Positions 21,384 through 31,555 of a DNA stretch of 59,175 nt are shown here, one piece after another. The stretch spans positions 1 through 59,175 of the forward strand of contig CANRLG010000006.1 in assembly GCA_947631415.1 (NCBI GenBank), written 5' to 3'. Numbering within the stretch: position 1 is the stretch's first letter; each line of letters starts with the position of its first letter. Position numbers and translations under genes: made by a program. The notes under the pieces were generated by a model. It was not told the origin of the DNA and made no database searches. It saw only the letters and a program-made list of their open reading frames with translations. The DNA is from an uncultured Clostridia bacterium. Its GTDB lineage: Bacteria; Bacillota; Clostridia; TANB77; CAG-465.

Positions 21384-21914
21384 TTATTCTTTTTTTATTA
21401 TATTTGAAATTGGTTCATTTAAAACCTTAGCAACAAATTTATCTAAAGCTTTATAATTTTCAATATTTATCTCTTTATGGTTACATAAGATATTAAAATT
21501 TTGAGTATCTTCTATACTCATATAATCTGTATCAAAAAAACCATTTTTTAGATAAAAATTTTGACGTTTTTTTCTAATTTCATAATCTATTTTACTTTCA
21601 TTTACTTCTTCAATATTTAAGTAAATATCTTTTTCTTTATATGTATCTAAACACCATTTTAAGATATAACTTCCATACCCTTTTGAACGTATTTTAGTAT
21701 TAATTGCTAAGTATAATATAAATATCATTTGATGATATTCTATTAAGTAAATAATGCCATATACTTCCTCTTGATTGACCAAGCAATATAGTTTTGTATC
21801 TTTAGTCATTAACATTTTATTTAAAGAAATATATCTTTCTTCCTTTGGAAAAGAGTTTTTATAAATATCATTTACTTGTTTATAATATTTTCTATTAAAT
21901 TTTATAATTTTCAT
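21384..21914 (-). CDS. GNAT acetyltransferase
   Basis: YLAI...RSKGYGS acetyl-CoA motif; FYLKNGF. Confidence 0.8.
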   Translation of the reverse strand: MKIIKFNRKYYKQVNDIYKNSFPKEERYISLNKMLMTKDTKLYCLVNQEEVYGIIYLIEYHQMIFILYLAINTKIRSKGYGSYILKWCLDTYKEKDIYLNIEEVNESKIDYEIRKKRQNFYLKNGFFDTDYMSIEDTQNFNILCNHKEINIENYKALDKFVAKVLNEPISNIIKKE

Positions 21915-21930
21915 AACTTCCCCATTTATA

Positions 21931-23292
21931 TTACTTTTTTAATTTAAGCACTGTAATGCATTCAACGTGTTCACTATTTGGAAACATATCTACTGGTAAT
22001 ATTCTATCAACATAATATTGAGATGAAAGTAACCTTAAATCTCTAGCAAAAGAAGCAGGAGAGCAACTTACATACCCAATTTTTTCAGGCTTAAATTGTA
22101 ATATATATTCTATTGAATCTAAGTCTAGTCCCTTTCTTGGAGGGTCAACTACAATTACGTCTGGATGAATATTTCTTTGCTTATACTCAATTATTTTAGA
22201 TTCAACACTTCCTGCAATATACTCTGCATTTTCTACATTATTTTCTTTAACATTAAGATTTGCCATTTCTACTGCTTGTGGTTCTATTTCTATTCCATAT
22301 ACTTTCTTAACTTTATCGCTTAAAAATATTCCTATTGAGCCTACACCACTATATAGATCAAAAAAAATTTCATCACCTTTTAATGATAACTCATTTTTTA
22401 AAGTATTATATAGTACCTCCGCTTGAACTGTATTTACTTGAAAGAATGATTTAGAACTAATGTAATATTTATATTCTCCTATATAATCTGTTATATATTT
22501 TGAACCAAATAATAATTTTTCTTTATCTCCTAGTATTTCATTTGTTTTTGATGTATTTACATTTACTACAATAGACTTTATATTATCGTTATTTTCACTT
22601 AAAATATCTACTATTTCTTCCATTCGTACATCATCCATAATAGCTTCATTATTTACTATTATTACTACCATAATTTCGCCTGTATGATAGCCTCTACGAA
22701 TAAGAATATGTCTTATATCTCCTGTATTATTTGTCTCATTATATCCTGTAAAGCCTTTTAAAAGTAGTAATTTGAATACTTCTTTAGATAATTTATCTAT
22801 ATCCTCATTTTGAATATAGCATTTTTCATTTTCTATTATCTCATGTGAACGTTTAGCATAAAAACCTATCTTATCGTCTCCTTCAATTGTTCTTCTAACT
22901 GGATATTGTGCTTTATTTCTATAATTTAAAGGTATACCCATACCTATCACATCTGCTACTTGACTATATTCTACTTTTTGTTTATCTAGAGTGTTCTTTA
23001 CTACATCTTTCTTTATCTCCAATTGTTTTTCATAACAAATATGTTGTCCTGAACATCCACCACATCTTTTAAAAACCTCACAAAAAGGTTCTACTCTACT
23101 TTTATCTTTTACAAGTATTTCTTCTATTTTTCCAATACAATATGAATTATTTGCTTTAATTATACGAGCCTTTACTTTTTCATTCTTTATTGCACCTGGA
23201 ACAAACACCACTTTATTATCTACTTTTGCAATCCCCTCGAAGTTCATACCGTTATCTATTATTTCTAACTCTACTTCTTCATTTTTTTTCAA
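21931..23292 (-). CDS. rlmD: 23S rRNA m5U methyltransferase RlmD/RlmCD
   Basis: TRAM domain, C..CGGC Fe-S motif, SFFQVN, DLYSGVG, VDPPRKG, YVSC, DMFP..HVE. Confidence 0.92.
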   Translation of the reverse strand: MKKNEEVELEIIDNGMNFEGIAKVDNKVVFVPGAIKNEKVKARIIKANNSYCIGKIEEILVKDKSRVEPFCEVFKRCGGCSGQHICYEKQLEIKKDVVKNTLDKQKVEYSQVADVIGMGIPLNYRNKAQYPVRRTIEGDDKIGFYAKRSHEIIENEKCYIQNEDIDKLSKEVFKLLLLKGFTGYNETNNTGDIRHILIRRGYHTGEIMVVIIVNNEAIMDDVRMEEIVDILSENNDNIKSIVVNVNTSKTNEILGDKEKLLFGSKYITDYIGEYKYYISSKSFFQVNTVQAEVLYNTLKNELSLKGDEIFFDLYSGVGSIGIFLSDKVKKVYGIEIEPQAVEMANLNVKENNVENAEYIAGSVESKIIEYKQRNIHPDVIVVDPPRKGLDLDSIEYILQFKPEKIGYVSCSPASFARDLRLLSSQYYVDRILPVDMFPNSEHVECITVLKLKK

Positions 23293-23434
23293 AATTATTC
23301 ACCTTTCTTTATTTTGAGATTATATCATATCAAAATATAATAATTCAACCTCTATATGTAACCAAATTATTTTTTTTGAATATATTATATTAAGCTAGTG
23401 TTAAATACTAGTGAAAAAAAGGAGTTGAAAATGT

Positions 23435-23566
23435 ATGTGCCTAAATGACGAAGATTTCGTATGGATTATGGTACTTGTATTAATACTCATAGTTTTATAC
23501 TTAATCTGTAAAGAAAGAAATTCATCTACACCACTAAACTTTAACACATTCTTTGAGAGTGGTTAG
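23435..23566 (+). CDS. Unannotated 43-aa single-TM protein
   Basis: MCLNDEDFVWIMVLVLILIVLYLICKERNSSTPLNFNTFFESG; GGAG 10 nt upstream. Confidence 0.55.
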   Translation: MCLNDEDFVWIMVLVLILIVLYLICKERNSSTPLNFNTFFESG

Positions 23567-23600
23567 TAAGTTTAACATATTACAAAGTGAGGTGATTTTC

Positions 23601-23768
23601 ATGATGGATGAAAGATGCGGATGTGGCAACAATTGCGGAAACGGATGTGGATGTGGTGGTTGTGGCGGATGCGGTGGTTGTGGAAACGGCATATTTGGCG
23701 GTGGAAATAACTGCTGTTGTATCTGGATAATACTTATTATAGTGGTACTATGTTGCTGCTGTAACTAA
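23601..23768 (+). CDS. Small Cys/Gly-rich membrane protein (YjcZ/SscA-like, probably spore-associated)
   Basis: GAGGTG RBS before ATG 23601; CGCGNNCGNGCGCGG repeats, TM segment, CCCC end; terminator follows. Confidence 0.7.
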   Translation: MMDERCGCGNNCGNGCGCGGCGGCGGCGNGIFGGGNNCCCIWIILIIVVLCCCCN

Positions 23769-23784
23769 TATAGTCACATACATA

Positions 23785-23812
23785 AAACAGGTGGATTTAT
23801 CTCCACCTGTTT
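23785..23812. terminator. Bidirectional terminator
   Basis: AAACAGGTGGA/TCCACCTGTTT stem. Confidence 0.75.
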
Positions 23813-26651
23813 ATTTTTTCAATATTTTTCTTAAAAATTCGCCAGTATAACTTTCTTCTACTTTTGAAATTTGTTCTGGAGTTCCTGTAGCGACTATAGT
23901 TCCTCCATTATCTCCACCCTCTGGTCCTAAATCTATAATATTATCTGCACTTTTTATTACATCTAAATTATGTTCAATTACAAGAAGTGTATTACCACCA
24001 TCAACAAGTCGTTGTAATATATTTATTAATTTATGTACATCTGCCATGTGAAGTCCAGTTGTTGGCTCATCCAAGATATACATTGTTTTTCCTGTTGACC
24101 TACGAGAAAGTTCTGTAGCAAGTTTTATTCTTTGTGCCTCTCCACCAGATAAAGTTGTTGAAGATTGACCTATTTTTATATATCCAAGTCCAACATCCAT
24201 AAGTGTTTGTAATTTATTTTTTATCTTTGGATGATTTTTGAAAAATTCTAATCCTTCTTCAACTGTCATATCTAAAACATCACTAATGCTTTTACCTTTA
24301 TACTTAACCTCAAGTGTTTCTCTTGAATATCTTTTTCCTTTACATACCTCACAAGGTACATATACATCTGGTAAGAAATTCATCTCTATTTTAATTATTC
24401 CATCACCACTACAAGCTTCACATCTTCCGCCTGGAATATTAAAACTAAATCTTCCTTTAGAATAACCACGAAGTTTTGCTTCATTTGTTGTTGCAAATAC
24501 ATTTCTTATCTCATCAAAAATACCTGTATATGTTGCAGGATTTGAACGAGGTGTTCTTCCTATTGGTGATTGGTCTATTTCTATTACTTTATCTAATAAT
24601 TCTACACCTTTTATTTTACTATATTTTCCAGGTCTTTCATAAGCACGATTTAGTTTTACAGCTAAAACTTTTCCTATTATATCATTTACTAATGTAGATT
24701 TACCACTACCTGATACACCAGTGACACAGTTAAATACTCCAAGAGGAATTTTTACATTAATATTTTTTAAATTATGCTCTTGTGCACCTTTTACTTCTAA
24801 ATATCCTACTTCTGTTTTTCTCCTTTTAGCAGGTATAGGAATTGCTAATTTTCCACTTAAATATTTTCCCGTAATAGAATTTTCACAATTTACTATATCT
24901 TTTGGCTCACCAGCATATACTATTTCTCCTCCGTGAACTCCTGCACCTGGTCCAATATCTACAATAAAGTCTGCCTCTCTCATTGTATCTTCATCATGTT
25001 CTACTACAATTAGAGTGTTTCCTAAATCTCTCATTTTCTTTAAAGAATTAAGAAGTTTTTCATTGTCTTTTTGATGTAGTCCAATACTTGGTTCATCTAG
25101 TATATATAATACCCCTGTAAGTCCTGAGCCAATTTGTGTTGCAAGTCTTATACGTTGAGATTCTCCACCTGATAGAGTTCCTGCACTTCTTGCAAGAGTT
25201 AAATAACTTAGTCCTACATCTATTAAAAATTGTAATCTTGAATTTAGTTCTTTTACAATTTGTTCTGCAATTAATTTATCTTTCTTTCCAAGTTTTTCAT
25301 ACTCATTATTTATATAGTCTTTTATGTAAGATATATTTTTACAACATAGTTCATGAATATTTAATTTACCAAAAGTTACGGCAAGTATCTCTGGTTTAAG
25401 TCTTGCACCATCACAATAACTACAATGAGTTGCACTCATAAATCCCTCATAGTATGTTTTCATACCTTGTGACTTTGTTTCATTAAATCTTCTTTGAAGT
25501 GTATTTAATACTCCTTCAAATTCTTCTTCAAACTCTTTATAATCTTTACGAGTTTTATGTACAAATTTAATTTTTTCTCCCTTACTACCATTTAAAAGTA
25601 CATCCATAAACTCATCTGGTAAATCTTTTAATTTGGTTGTTACATCTACATTATAATGTCTACATAGCCCTTCAATGTACATCTTAGCTATTCCATCAAC
25701 AAATAGCCCTACACCTGTCCATGCTTTTATACAACCGTAATCACAAAGACGTTTTTCCATATTTGGCATTATTTTATCTTTATCTATTTTTAATATCTCA
25801 CCTAGTCCTGTACAATGTGGACATGCACCAAATGGAGAATTAAATGAAAACATTCTAGGTGTTAATTCCTCTAGTGATATTCCGCAATCTGAACACGCAT
25901 AATTTTGAGAGAAAACTTGTTCTTGTTCTGTATCTACTTTTGAAATTATCACTAAATTTTCTGCATATTTCAAAGCTAATTCTACAGAATCTGCAAGACG
26001 TTGTCTAATATCTGGTCTTACTACAAGTCTATCTACAACTACTTCAATATTATGTTTCTTTTGCTTATCTAATTCAGGTATATTCTCAGATAAATCATAA
26101 GTAATACCATCTATCCTTGCACGAATATATCCATCTTTTAATACTCTTTCAAGTACACCTCTATGTTCTCCTTTTCTTCCTCGAATAACAGGAGTCATAA
26201 CTAATATTTTAGTTCCCTCATCATATTCTAATACTTGGTCTACTATTTCATCTACAGTCTGTCTTTTTATCCTTTTACCACAATTTGGACAATGAGGAAC
26301 ACCCACACGTGCATATAATAATCTTAAATAATCATATATTTCTGTAACAGTTCCAACAGTTGACCTAGGATTTTTTGAAGTAGTCTTTTGGTCTATAGAA
26401 ATTGCTGGAGACAGCCCTTCTATATACTCTACATTCGGTTTTTCCATCATTCCTAAAAATTGTCTTGCGTACGAAGACAATGACTCTACATATCTTCTTT
26501 GTCCTTCTGCATATATAGTATCAAAAGCAAGAGAAGATTTACCACTACCAGATAAACCTGTAAAAACAACTAATTTATCTCTAGGTATTGTTAAATTTAC
26601 ATTTTTTAAATTATTTTCTTTTGCTCCTTGTATTACTAATTTATCATTCAT
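23811..26651 (-). CDS. uvrA: Excinuclease ABC subunit A
   Basis: Two Walker A motifs ([16 protein letters not shown]), LSGGE twice, zinc fingers. Confidence 0.97.
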   Translation of the reverse strand: MNDKLVIQGAKENNLKNVNLTIPRDKLVVFTGLSGSGKSSLAFDTIYAEGQRRYVESLSSYARQFLGMMEKPNVEYIEGLSPAISIDQKTTSKNPRSTVGTVTEIYDYLRLLYARVGVPHCPNCGKRIKRQTVDEIVDQVLEYDEGTKILVMTPVIRGRKGEHRGVLERVLKDGYIRARIDGITYDLSENIPELDKQKKHNIEVVVDRLVVRPDIRQRLADSVELALKYAENLVIISKVDTEQEQVFSQNYACSDCGISLEELTPRMFSFNSPFGACPHCTGLGEILKIDKDKIMPNMEKRLCDYGCIKAWTGVGLFVDGIAKMYIEGLCRHYNVDVTTKLKDLPDEFMDVLLNGSKGEKIKFVHKTRKDYKEFEEEFEGVLNTLQRRFNETKSQGMKTYYEGFMSATHCSYCDGARLKPEILAVTFGKLNIHELCCKNISYIKDYINNEYEKLGKKDKLIAEQIVKELNSRLQFLIDVGLSYLTLARSAGTLSGGESQRIRLATQIGSGLTGVLYILDEPSIGLHQKDNEKLLNSLKKMRDLGNTLIVVEHDEDTMREADFIVDIGPGAGVHGGEIVYAGEPKDIVNCENSITGKYLSGKLAIPIPAKRRKTEVGYLEVKGAQEHNLKNINVKIPLGVFNCVTGVSGSGKSTLVNDIIGKVLAVKLNRAYERPGKYSKIKGVELLDKVIEIDQSPIGRTPRSNPATYTGIFDEIRNVFATTNEAKLRGYSKGRFSFNIPGGRCEACSGDGIIKIEMNFLPDVYVPCEVCKGKRYSRETLEVKYKGKSISDVLDMTVEEGLEFFKNHPKIKNKLQTLMDVGLGYIKIGQSSTTLSGGEAQRIKLATELSRRSTGKTMYILDEPTTGLHMADVHKLINILQRLVDGGNTLLVIEHNLDVIKSADNIIDLGPEGGDNGGTIVATGTPEQISKVEESYTGEFLRKILKK

Positions 26652-26680
26652 TTTTTTATTCACCTTCCAATGACTAGATA

Positions 26681-26731
26681 ATTATACCATACCATAAAAT
26701 CTTTTGCAATGCTAAAACGAACAAATGTATA
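26681..26731 (-). promoter_or_regulatory. uvrA SigA promoter with a degenerate LexA-like box just upstream
   Basis: TTGCAA-17 nt-TATAAT with TG; CGAACAAATGTATA at 26718-26731 partially matches CGAACN4GTTCG. Confidence 0.55.
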
Positions 26732-26789
26732 ATTTCAATTTTAATACACAAATAAAGACAGATTATTACACATAACCTGCCTTATTAAC

Positions 26790-27662
26790 CTATTTTAATC
26801 TTCTTATTTGGGTTCTCATTATATTATCATCTACAAAACTATTAACTACTTCAAATTTATCTTCTGGTAATAATTCCTCTATAAATGTTACAGCTGGAAC
26901 ATAATGAAAAACTCCTCCTACCTTTAAAGAATTTAGTATTTTCATATATGTTGTAGCATATTCATAACATTCTACATCATTATTTTCCTCTAAATTTGCT
27001 TCATTAAATTTTTTAGTAAATGCAAGATTTGATGTTATTAAATCGTATTCTTTTTCTGGATATTCTTTTGCTAACCAATCTTCTTGTTCTAGCATATCGC
27101 TATCTTCACATTCCATGTCTATTCCATGAGCATTTATTCCTTTTTCATTTAGATATTTAACTAGCATCCCATCTTTTCCACAACCAATGTCTAATGAAGT
27201 TCCTTTAATGTCATTTTCTTGTACATTTAATATTTCTAATATAAATTGTGGAGAGTATGTGCTAGTTTTTTCATTATTATTCTCATTATCTAAATTAGCT
27301 GTATATTCAGATATAAAGTTTCTAACATTGGTAAAATGCTCTAATGCTATTTTTTCATAACTCATATCATAATTTGATATGTTTTCAATAAGTTTTTGGT
27401 ATATTTCAAGTATTTTATTGCAATCTTCCTTAGAAAATTTATTTGTTTTAGTACCTTTTGCAAGATTTGTCATAAAACTTCTTGAAAGTTTGCTCATTAC
27501 TTGACTATACTTATCTGTATTCATAGTTTCAATTATCTTTTTTCTTTGTTCATCATTAAACGAATCTTTTCCATCAGCGTTTCTTTTATTTAATAATATA
27601 TTTTCAAAACTTTTACCTTCAAATGCAGATAAAAGATATGTATATAATTCTTCAATATCCAT
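26790..27662 (-). CDS. Class I SAM-dependent methyltransferase with N-terminal extension
   Basis: LDIGCG, GID, YDLITSNLAF, LKVGG. Confidence 0.7.
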   Translation of the reverse strand: MDIEELYTYLLSAFEGKSFENILLNKRNADGKDSFNDEQRKKIIETMNTDKYSQVMSKLSRSFMTNLAKGTKTNKFSKEDCNKILEIYQKLIENISNYDMSYEKIALEHFTNVRNFISEYTANLDNENNNEKTSTYSPQFILEILNVQENDIKGTSLDIGCGKDGMLVKYLNEKGINAHGIDMECEDSDMLEQEDWLAKEYPEKEYDLITSNLAFTKKFNEANLEENNDVECYEYATTYMKILNSLKVGGVFHYVPAVTFIEELLPEDKFEVVNSFVDDNIMRTQIRRLK

Positions 27663-27752
27663 TATTTTTCTCCTTTTAGACTTTTAAATTATATCACATA
27701 TTATGTAAATTTACAATATTTATATAATGTTATATTACTTAAATTTCATTTA

Positions 27753-28475
27753 TTAACTTAACCCATTTATTTGTTGGATAGTTGCATTATATTCTTCAAG
27801 AGATATTTTTTGTGAATTTAGTAATGCTTCTAAAATTAATTTCTGTCTTTGATATGTATATGGGTTATCATTACTTAATTGGTAAACACTTGGTGCATTA
27901 GGTATTCCTGCAAGTAGAGATGCTTCATATAATGTCAAATCTTTAGGCTCTTTGTCTAAATATCCATTTGATGCCTCTTTAACTCCATAATATCCATCGC
28001 CAAAATATATTATATTTAAGTATAATTCTAGTATTTCATCCTTTTCATATTTTTCTTCCAAATCTAGCGCAACAAATATCTCTGCAATTTTTCTAACTAA
28101 TTTTTTCTGTTGAGAAAAATACATATTTTTTGCAAGTTGTTGAGTTATGGTACTACCACCACTAGAAAGTTCTTTACTACGTAAATTACCAATAAAAGCC
28201 CTTGCAATAGAATACAAGTCTACTCCAAAATGCTCATAAAATCTTTTATCCTCAATAGAAATTACAGCATCTTTCATATAGTTAGATATTTCATCTATTT
28301 TTACATATTCATCTTCTGATTGCATTTCTTTTACTTTATCTTCTATTGATTGTTTCTGTATTACACTTTTATATAATTTATATCCATCCTCAATAAAATA
28401 CGCACTAACTGCTAGTACAACAATAAGTATAGCAAAAATGATTATTTTTATTTTCTTAAAAGGAGACTTCATCAT
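27753..28475 (-). CDS. Monofunctional peptidoglycan transglycosylase (GT51)
   Basis: EDKRFYEHFG, GGSTITQQL, RKIAE, LYLN..YFG; no transpeptidase domain. Confidence 0.9.
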   Translation of the reverse strand: MMKSPFKKIKIIIFAILIVVLAVSAYFIEDGYKLYKSVIQKQSIEDKVKEMQSEDEYVKIDEISNYMKDAVISIEDKRFYEHFGVDLYSIARAFIGNLRSKELSSGGSTITQQLAKNMYFSQQKKLVRKIAEIFVALDLEEKYEKDEILELYLNIIYFGDGYYGVKEASNGYLDKEPKDLTLYEASLLAGIPNAPSVYQLSNDNPYTYQRQKLILEALLNSQKISLEEYNATIQQINGLS

Positions 28476-28518
28476 CCCACCACCTTTTATGAAAACATTA
28501 TATAATATTTATATAAAT

Positions 28519-28953
28519 TTAACAAGCATTAATACTTTTAACGCCCTCTGTATTTAAAAAATAATCATGTACCATAACTATATCTGAAATATTACTCTTT
28601 ATTTGAGATATGTTATAGCAATTAATTACAAGTACGTTGTGCTTAATAAAGGATATATAACTATTTACTTTAGTTATAAAAGACTCACTTCCATTTACGA
28701 CTAATATTATATTTTCACTCACATAGTCATTTATTACTTCTTCATTTAACCATTCCATATAAATTATTTCTTTATTCAAATTTTTAAAATATTTATTTAC
28801 TATTTTTTCTAATTTTTCTTTTTGACTATTTTCATTTATATATATAACCTTTGCATCCTTAAATTCTTTAGATATAAAATTACTTGTAATAATACACGAA
28901 TGAGTATAGTTTGCTACAAAACTACATAATTTAATATTTTTCAAATCAACCAC
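28519..28953 (-). CDS. Hypothetical protein
   Basis: 144-aa ORF; no family recognised. Confidence 0.5.
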   Translation of the reverse strand: MVDLKNIKLCSFVANYTHSCIITSNFISKEFKDAKVIYINENSQKEKLEKIVNKYFKNLNKEIIYMEWLNEEVINDYVSENIILVVNGSESFITKVNSYISFIKHNVLVINCYNISQIKSNISDIVMVHDYFLNTEGVKSINAC

Positions 28954-29075
28954 CTAATAAAATTTTAATACAAATTATACGCAAAAAATGTATTAATTTA
29001 TCTAGTACCATTTTTCAACTTTTTTATTATTTTAAATTTGTAAAAAATACTCATACTAATTTTAGGTGATATTCA

Positions 29076-29300
29076 TTGAAAATTAGATTTAAAAAAATTA
29101 TTTATTCATATTTTTTAGTGTTTATAATAATAAACTCACTTCTTCCAACGCAAAAAAATCTTTCAAATTTAACTCCTCTTAAAACAATTCTTCCAGGAAT
29201 AGATAGAATATATACAACAGATAACAAGAATAATGAAAAAAACGAAACAACAACTTCTATAAAATTTTTAGAAATAATACAAAAATATGTTATACATTAA
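29076..29300 (+). CDS. Small hypothetical membrane protein, possibly sporulation-related
   Basis: AGGTG RBS with TTG start; CATACTAAT (SigE-like -10) upstream. Confidence 0.45.
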   Translation: MKIRFKKIIYSYFLVFIIINSLLPTQKNLSNLTPLKTILPGIDRIYTTDNKNNEKNETTTSIKFLEIIQKYVIH

Positions 29301-29351
29301 TTTTATTGACACATAATATTAAAGACATAATATTGTCATGGAGGTACTTAT

Positions 29352-29567
29352 ATGAAGGCTTTATACAATATAATGCTTACCCTAATTATTATTGGTGCAA
29401 TAAATTGGGGAATACTTGGTATATTTAAGATGGACTTAATAGGTTCAATATTTGGCGGAATGACAAGTGTAATTAGTAGAATAATATTTATTCTAGTTGG
29501 ATTATGTGGACTTGGTGCAATAGCTTTATATGCTCCAATAAATAATGAAGAACTAAGCCATACTTAA
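29352..29567 (+). CDS. DUF378 family membrane protein
   Basis: IIGAINWGILG...DLIGSIFG...SRIIFILVGLCG; GGAGG RBS. Confidence 0.85.
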   Translation: MKALYNIMLTLIIIGAINWGILGIFKMDLIGSIFGGMTSVISRIIFILVGLCGLGAIALYAPINNEELSHT

Positions 29568-29573
29568 ATAAAC

Positions 29574-29605
29574 AAAAACATCTAGTGTTATGCTAGATGT
29601 TTTTT
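29574..29605. terminator. Bidirectional terminator
   Basis: AAAAACATCTAG/CTAGATGTTTTT stem. Confidence 0.75.
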
Positions 29606-29614
29606 ACTTAAATA

Positions 29615-30415
29615 TTAACGTTTTTTATTTTTATATTGCTCATATAAAATAATAGAAGTTGCCACTGAAACATTTAGTGATTCTATTTTTTCTTCCATAT
29701 CAATTTTTACAGTAATGTCTGCTCTACCCTCTAATTCTTTAGAAATTCCATTTGCCTCATTTCCCATAGCAAAGGCATATTTGTTGTTATAATCTAAGTT
29801 ATCTAATGAATGTGTACTTTTTAAACTAGTTGCAACAATATTATAGTTATTCTTTTTTAGTACGTCTATAAAGTCATAATCCTCTACATATATTATTTTA
29901 GTATTAAGAATTCCTCCCATTGTAGAACGAAGAACTTTTGGACTATAACAGTCTACACTATCTTTTGTGCATATTATTACATTAACATCAAAAGCATTTG
30001 CAGACCTTATAATAGTTCCCATATTTCCTGGGTCTTGAACTTTATCTAATATTAAAATATTATTTTCTTCTTTTTTTATCTCATCAATTAAATTATATTT
30101 AGGAATATCTAATACTACAAGTATTCCTTGAGGATTTACGGTGTCTGTCATATATTTAAAAGTATTTTGTTCAAAATCTAAAGCCTCAATATTACTTTTT
30201 TCAATTCTTTCTAAGAGTTTTTCTCCACCGTTTGTTGCAAATAAAATAGATTTAGAATAAGCGATAAACTTAATGTCTATCGCTTTATCTAATACTTCGT
30301 TTACAACTTTTACACCTTCTAAATAAAAAGAGTTGTTTTTAATTCTAAACTTCTTTTCATTTAAACTTTTGATAAATTTAACTTTATCATTTGTTTTGCT
30401 AAAAATTGTATTCAT
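29615..30415 (-). CDS. TrmH/SpoU-family RNA methyltransferase
   Basis: QDPGNMGTIIRSA, GNEANGIS, ESLNVSVA. Confidence 0.9.
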   Translation of the reverse strand: MNTIFSKTNDKVKFIKSLNEKKFRIKNNSFYLEGVKVVNEVLDKAIDIKFIAYSKSILFATNGGEKLLERIEKSNIEALDFEQNTFKYMTDTVNPQGILVVLDIPKYNLIDEIKKEENNILILDKVQDPGNMGTIIRSANAFDVNVIICTKDSVDCYSPKVLRSTMGGILNTKIIYVEDYDFIDVLKKNNYNIVATSLKSTHSLDNLDYNNKYAFAMGNEANGISKELEGRADITVKIDMEEKIESLNVSVATSIILYEQYKNKKR

Positions 30416-30423
30416 TTCTTCTC

Positions 30424-31551
30424 CTATTCAGCTGGTTGAGTTGTTACAACTACAGAACCATCATCACTTGATGATGACATACCATTTTCATCAACTGTTA
30501 CTGTACTTGTTCCACCATCAGTTGTATTTGTTGTGTCTGTGCTTGAGCTTGTATCCTCATCATAAGCTGATGGATTTAATTCTAGTACAAATTCTTTTAA
30601 TAATTCTTCATTTATTACAAGATTTTTCTCTGTATCTGCATTATCGAATAGAGTATTTGCATATTCTTTTCTTTCATTTTGGCTTTTAATTCTTCCATCG
30701 TTATTGATAGCATTTAATTTTATAATATGGTATCCATATTCACTTTCTACAATTCCATCATAGATTTGTCCAGCTTCATTTAAAGTTAAAACTGCATCTA
30801 TATATGCTTGAACAGTAGAGCCATCATTATACATTAAATATTTTCCACCTTCTGAAGCAGTTCCTTCATCTTGTGAAAATTCTGATGCAAGTGCTGCAAA
30901 ATCTTCTCCATTTTTTGCTCTAGTTAAAACTTCTTCTGCCTTAGTTTTTAACTCAGCTTTTTGCTCATCAGTCATAGCACTACCATCATCGTTTGTGAAA
31001 GAGAATAGAATGTGAGATGTGTCATACTCATTCATATCTATATCTTCTCCTTCATCATATTTAGATTGGATATATGCTTTAACATCTTCATCAGATGCTT
31101 CATTTGCTAATTTCTCTATATAATCTTCTATTATATAGTCATTGTAATAAATTTGTCTTAAATCATCTAGGTCAAAACCTAATTGTTGGAAGTATTCAAC
31201 ATAACTTTCATCAGCAAAGATATTATCTACTTCTTCTTTATCTTCTTTTGTTAATTTAACTCCTGCTTTTTTAGCATCTGTTAAAATCATTTTATCTTGT
31301 GCAGCCTTATATAATATTTGTTGTGGTATCTCATCTGCTGAATATCCATATAATTGTAGATAAGATGAGAACATTTGATAATATATCTTATATTCTGCTT
31401 TAGTTACTTTTCCTCCATCAAATGTAGCTAATCCTTTGTTGTCTTTTGCAACAATCACTCCTACTATTGCAAGAACAACAACTAGTAGAAGGGCAAGTAT
31501 TACAATAATAATACTGCTTTCATTTCCATTTTTAGATTTTAATTTTCTCAT
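30424..31551 (-). CDS. prsA: PrsA-like parvulin peptidyl-prolyl isomerase
   Basis: SHILF, GEDFAALASEFSQD, GYHIIK; TM anchor; follows mfd. Confidence 0.75.
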   Translation of the reverse strand: MRKLKSKNGNESSIIIVILALLLVVVLAIVGVIVAKDNKGLATFDGGKVTKAEYKIYYQMFSSYLQLYGYSADEIPQQILYKAAQDKMILTDAKKAGVKLTKEDKEEVDNIFADESYVEYFQQLGFDLDDLRQIYYNDYIIEDYIEKLANEASDEDVKAYIQSKYDEGEDIDMNEYDTSHILFSFTNDDGSAMTDEQKAELKTKAEEVLTRAKNGEDFAALASEFSQDEGTASEGGKYLMYNDGSTVQAYIDAVLTLNEAGQIYDGIVESEYGYHIIKLNAINNDGRIKSQNERKEYANTLFDNADTEKNLVINEELLKEFVLELNPSAYDEDTSSSTDTTNTTDGGTSTVTVDENGMSSSSDDGSVVVTTQPAE

Positions 31552-31555
31552 ACTT

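Noticed and set aside
23601-23768. RiPP (ranthipeptide/thiopeptide) precursor
   Set aside because: No adjacent maturase or transporter; the TM helix fits small spore membrane proteins better.
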